A stretch of DNA of 64,000 nucleotides from Euglena gracilis (lineage: Eukaryota). Under the pieces are notes generated by a model that was not told the DNA's origin, searched no databases, and saw only the letters and a list, made by a program, of their open reading frames with translations. The stretch lies in assembly GCA_039621445.1 (NCBI GenBank), contig CP154954.1, forward strand, positions 44,867,847-44,931,846. The letters are read 5' to 3'. The position numbers and the translations under genes are program-made. This document shows positions 60,201-64,000 of the stretch, piece after piece. The number at the start of each line of letters is the position of its first letter. Within the stretch, counting starts at the first letter, position 1.

Positions 60201-61740
60201 TCAAATTCAGCCTCCAGTTTGAACCTGGCTCTCCAGTTTGAACCAGGAATGTTTCACATCAAAAATGCACATGTCAAATGAGATATACGTAATGGAGTGG
60301 CCCAAAGGTCGGTGGCAGAAAGACACTGATGGAAACACAAAGCGACCTCTGGAAGGGCAGCCTCCTGAGCTGAGCGCAGGCTGCCCAGAAATGTTTCGAC
60401 GGCAGCAACCTAAAGGTTGGGGGTCTGGGGTGGGGGTAGGTGGGGGCGGATTGGACTTGAGACATTCAAATCAGAGGATGGGTAGGGGGCAGGTTTGGAG
60501 CGTTGGCAGGACAGTGTGGGTTTCTGGGGGACCCCCCCTTTACAGATGTCCATTTTTGGACCCCTTCCAATCCCCCCGAGATAGATGAAAACTTTGACAC
60601 AACTAAGTGGCCATTTTAGGCCCCCCAAAAAGGCCTCAAAATTCTTCCGGCACCTTCCGTGCCAGTTCTTGGTCATTTTGGGGGGGTTTGCAATACAGTT
60701 GGGACACTGGGACCAGGCTTCTTTTTAAGTCAGGAGACCCCCCCCTTGGGGGAGGGGGGTGGGGGTGGGGGTGTGGGGGGGTGGGGTCCGTGGCCGGGCC
60801 CCCCCCCCGGGGGGGGGGGGCCCCGCGCCGGAGGCGCTGGGTATACCTTTTCGGCGCGGAGCGCCGAAAATTTTTGAAAATTGCCTTTAACGGGCCCGAT
60901 TTTGGGGGGGGGGGTCCCCGCCCCCCCCCCCCACCCCCCCCCCCCGGGGGGGGTCCCGCGCCACCCTGGGTGGGTGGGGGGGGGACCCCCCCCCCGGGGG
61001 GTCTTAAAAAGAAGCCTGACTGGGACGCTCCCCCCCATCCCAGCACAGTAAAGCAAATAGTGCTATTTTTAGAACTTTTTGGAACCTCGGGACCCCTCCT
61101 CTCCCTCCCAATGTTCCTTGGGTTCACGGCCAGGTCACGGGGGGGGGGGAGGGATCGGGAACCAATCCAGAACTAAATAAATAGGTATTCAAATTTTAAG
61201 CATCTCAAAATATTAAAGAGATTTAGCAGCAAAACAAGAATCACCAACCCAAATTAAAAAGTTCAAGCATTAAACTTGGGAAATCCACCAAAAATTTTCA
61301 TCAAATTCCAAATCACAAAATTGCAGATCACCAGAGAAAAAGGTCAGAGAAAAAGGTTGCCAGGGCTGCTAGTTCAGGTTTCGGGGGACTCCAGTTTGGG
61401 GACCACCCGAATGCGGAGGCCGTGTCTGCAGAAAGCATTACCTCTAGAACGTTCTACCTACAGGAGGTGAAGCCTGGTAAAGATGAGAAACATCTTCTTG
61501 AGCTGCACGAGCTCCTGCCGGACCATGAACGCCTCCGGTGGGGCCGCCTCCTTCTGGCGGCAGCCCCAAAAAGAAAGCCAAAGGGCATCGCACTGCCTCA
61601 GGGGTGCGACAGTTTCAACACAGAAGGGGAGGGGGCGAAGGAGAAGGCGGAGCACGGCCAGCTGCCGGCAACGCTCCAGGATGCAGCCCACCACAGCGGC
61701 GGGCAGTGAACCCTCGAGGTCACGCTGGGCCGCTTCGAGG
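51285..61740 (-). CDS. Gene C: multi-exon gene of unknown function, largely helical, with a Cys-rich segment (CTVC...CLRC) near its 3' end
   Basis: GC-rich open segments at ~61480-61740, 61105-61125, 60370-60415, 59775-59920, 59642-59720, 59040-59213, 58830-58945, 58150-58250, 56490-56700, 51880-52030, 51590-51690 and 51285-51390. The in-frame join YCDL|LRTP was verified by hand; no family recognised. Confidence 0.55.
52103..55105. mobile_element. 3.0-kb TIR element with 3-bp TSD, related termini
   Basis: TIR TCTTAGGCGGCCGAWTTCGCACTTAAGCTTTTTTC extending ~70 bp imperfectly; TSD CCC; many TTTGCGCAAATGCGC motifs. Confidence 0.88.
55852..56194. mobile_element. hAT-like MITE (CAGGCTTCTTTTTA family)
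   Basis: 14-bp TIR; 8-bp TSD CCCCTTAC. Confidence 0.92.
57477..57528. repeat. (GAG)n trinucleotide tract
   Basis: Direct reading. Confidence 0.95.
59219..59638. mobile_element. hAT-like MITE inserted in coding sequence of gene C, forming intron 59214-59641
   Basis: Perfect 11-bp TIR CAGGGCGTTGC/GCAACGCCCTG; perfect 8-bp TSD AGCAGGTC at 59211-59218 and 59639-59646. Confidence 0.9.
60714..61018. mobile_element. hAT-like MITE, same family as 55852-56194, opposite orientation
   Basis: 16-bp TIR CAGGCTTCTTTTTAAG; 8-bp TSD ACTGGGAC. Confidence 0.92.
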
Positions 61741-63799
61741 GAGTAGAAGCCAGAGCATTGCAAGATGTTGGGGCAGGGAGTGCCAACTTCAGCGACCATG
61801 GCCTCCCCCCCCCTGCAGCTCAAAAACAAACTGCGAGCTGGGGAAATCGGTGAAATCTCTTGCAGTGTCCTTCTCAAGATGGGCCATGAGGACAAGTTTG
61901 AATGAGTGTGGCATAGACAATCGCTGGTTTTGGCCACTTTTTGTTTCATTGTGGCAACTTTTCCACCCATTTTTCTTTATTTGGGGTGGTTTTCACTCAT
62001 TTTCTCCATATTGGGTCATCATTCCATTTCTAGTATTTTGGGTCAATTTTGGAACACAAATATCTTTTTGATATCTTGCTTTTGTAGTCCTTTGGGCTTG
62101 ACACAGACACCTACAACATCCTTCAAAAAATCATTTTTTTGCAAAAAAAAGGACATTCTGCATTTTTTCACAAAGTCCTGCAAAATGCAACAAAATACTG
62201 CAAAATTGTGTTTTATTGTGATTGTTTATTGGAATACCTAATGACTAGGTAATGCAAAGGTATCGAGGAAGAGTGAAAAAATGGACGCCTTCTTGTAGCA
62301 CGAATATTCACGAGCAATCACTAATAATCACAAAGTTTGTTGAAATGCCATTTTTTCAATCACATTTCGCCCCAAATATGTTTGCATTTCATGTCAAATT
62401 GCGTGCATTTTGATCTCAAAAGGTTTGCACTTGGCACCAATGCCTGCATGTTGTCTCAAAAATGTGTGCACACTCTACCAAAATACCATAGGGAACCGCA
62501 AGGGGGATCGGAGGGGGGGAGGCTGCCCCCCTGTGATTTTGGGGTGAAAAATTTTTCACCCCTGGACCCGCCCCCCCGAACCCTATTCTGAACTCAATTG
62601 GGCTTCCAATATTCACAAAAAAATACACACTGACTAGGAAAATCTGCAATTCCAAAAAAAAATTCATCGGGAATAAAACACAATGGCTCTGATGATGAAA
62701 ATAGACAAAGGTAGCACAGGAGAGAGGATGGCAGAGCAAAGGCCTCTCGCCATGCTTGTTTTCCTTAAATCAGAGGGACAATTTCAGTGATGAGATAAAT
62801 TTTGATTCATAAATACTCATAGTTGTTTGTGGTTATTTGTGATTATATTTGCGATTATTCGTGATTATTCGTGATTTGGAGAACCCCAAAGTTTGTGCTG
62901 GTTCGTGATTATTTGTGATTACTCTCACCCCCCCCCCTCAAACTGGCCGCCCCTTAGGCACCTTGGACCCCCAAACGGTCAACCTCGAGGGGGGGGGGGC
63001 AATGTGGGGAGTACCATTTAACCATTTTTGACTGAAATAACCAATTTGGGGGGGATTCTTTTTCCAGACCGGATGGCCAATTGGGGGGGGGTGGAAAACC
63101 GGCCAACTTTGGAATGGTGAATTTCTGAAAACCGAGCGCCAATCTGGCCTGGGTTATCTCCCAAAACCCAAACGGTCAATCTGGGAGGGGGGGGTGAGAG
63201 CATACGTGGCATGGATTTGGGGAATCCCTGCACAAAAAAAAACACTGCCACACATATCTTTCAAAAATCCCGAATGTTTGGTAAAAAAAATGGAAAATTT
63301 TGGCACAAAAAACCAACAGGAAAAACACAAATTGATTTCTATCCCACAAAACATGGCTTCTTGATATCTTTGCTACTTCTGCAACTTCTTTGCAATTATT
63401 AAGCTTTGTCAAGGAGAAGGTTTTCATTCACTCCCTGAAAATGGGGCTCCACATCAAGAGGACATAGCCCAAGAATGCCTCTGCTGATGTGAGCTGCTTG
63501 GGCATGACTTATGAATTGTGTTGCATCTGCCCATGGCGGCCCTGCAAGAACATCCATTGTGATGTTCCCTGAGCAGGATCCAATACAATAAGACAGCATT
63601 GCAAACAAAAATGGCAGACGACTCTAAAACCCTAGCCTTCGTCTGGGACACAGTTCAATTAATGAGGATGTGTTGGTTAACCCGAAAAAAGGTCGCCTTG
63701 TGGTATCTTGCAAGCACTTGTGTACAAACAATTGATAAAACATATTGACGGTCTTTGCCAATGAAAAAAAAAAGACGAAGAATAACAAAATTTTAGTGG

Positions 63800-63910
63800 T
63801 CGAATATTTGTCGACTCTTTGCTAGAATATTTTTGCAATATTCGAATGTTCGAATATTTTGAAGTAATCGAATATTCGTCGAATATTCGAATGTTCGAAG
63901 CAGCCTTATG
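63800..63910. repeat. CGAATATT/CGAATGTT palindromic repeat cluster, probably a transposon end
   Basis: Multiple TCGAATATT(CGA) units ending in GCAGCCTTA. Confidence 0.6.
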
Positions 63911-64000
63911 CGGGCCAGGCGGGGAGTTGCGGGGAAATCAAAATGCCGTTGAACAGGGCATTTTGAGGGCTTCAGTACCACCCCCCCCCCCTTATTGTCC

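Noticed and set aside
62493-62585. TAGGG...CCCTA small element
   Set aside because: Flanks show no TSD and the TIR is poor; not supported
1-64000. rRNA, tRNA or spliced-leader RNA genes
   Set aside because: No recognisable conserved motifs by eye; a covariance-model search would be needed to exclude them

Overview
Eukaryotic, intron-rich and repeat-rich nuclear DNA, most likely from a euglenid (Euglena-like). The assignment is inferred from many non-GT-AG introns whose ends base-pair, with CAG at +4..+6 and CTG at -8..-6. All recognisable genes are on the minus strand. (A) A receptor-type class III adenylate cyclase (TM1, Cache-like ectodomain, TM2, HAMP, cyclase) lies at ~336-16900 and runs off the left edge; its 5' exons sit in a ~13.2-kb tandem duplication (~6463-19644 / ~19645-32771). 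(B) A close paralogue of the HAMP-cyclase half lies at 40393-50514 with different intron positions. (C) An unrelated multi-exon gene of unknown function lies at ~51285-61740. Introns are packed with non-autonomous TIR transposons. The main signal: several hAT-like MITEs with CAG...CTG termini carry exact 8-bp target-site duplications (TSDs), and most resolvable nonconventional introns equal 3 nt + CAG...CTG + 5 nt, i.e. one element plus exactly one TSD length. One intron (59214-59641) is an intact MITE with a perfect TSD, and two paralogue-specific introns retain TSDs whose single-copy empty site is visible in the other paralogue. This points to hAT MITEs acting as scarless intron generators. 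Splice sites are inferred from protein homology and reading frame only, without transcript data.
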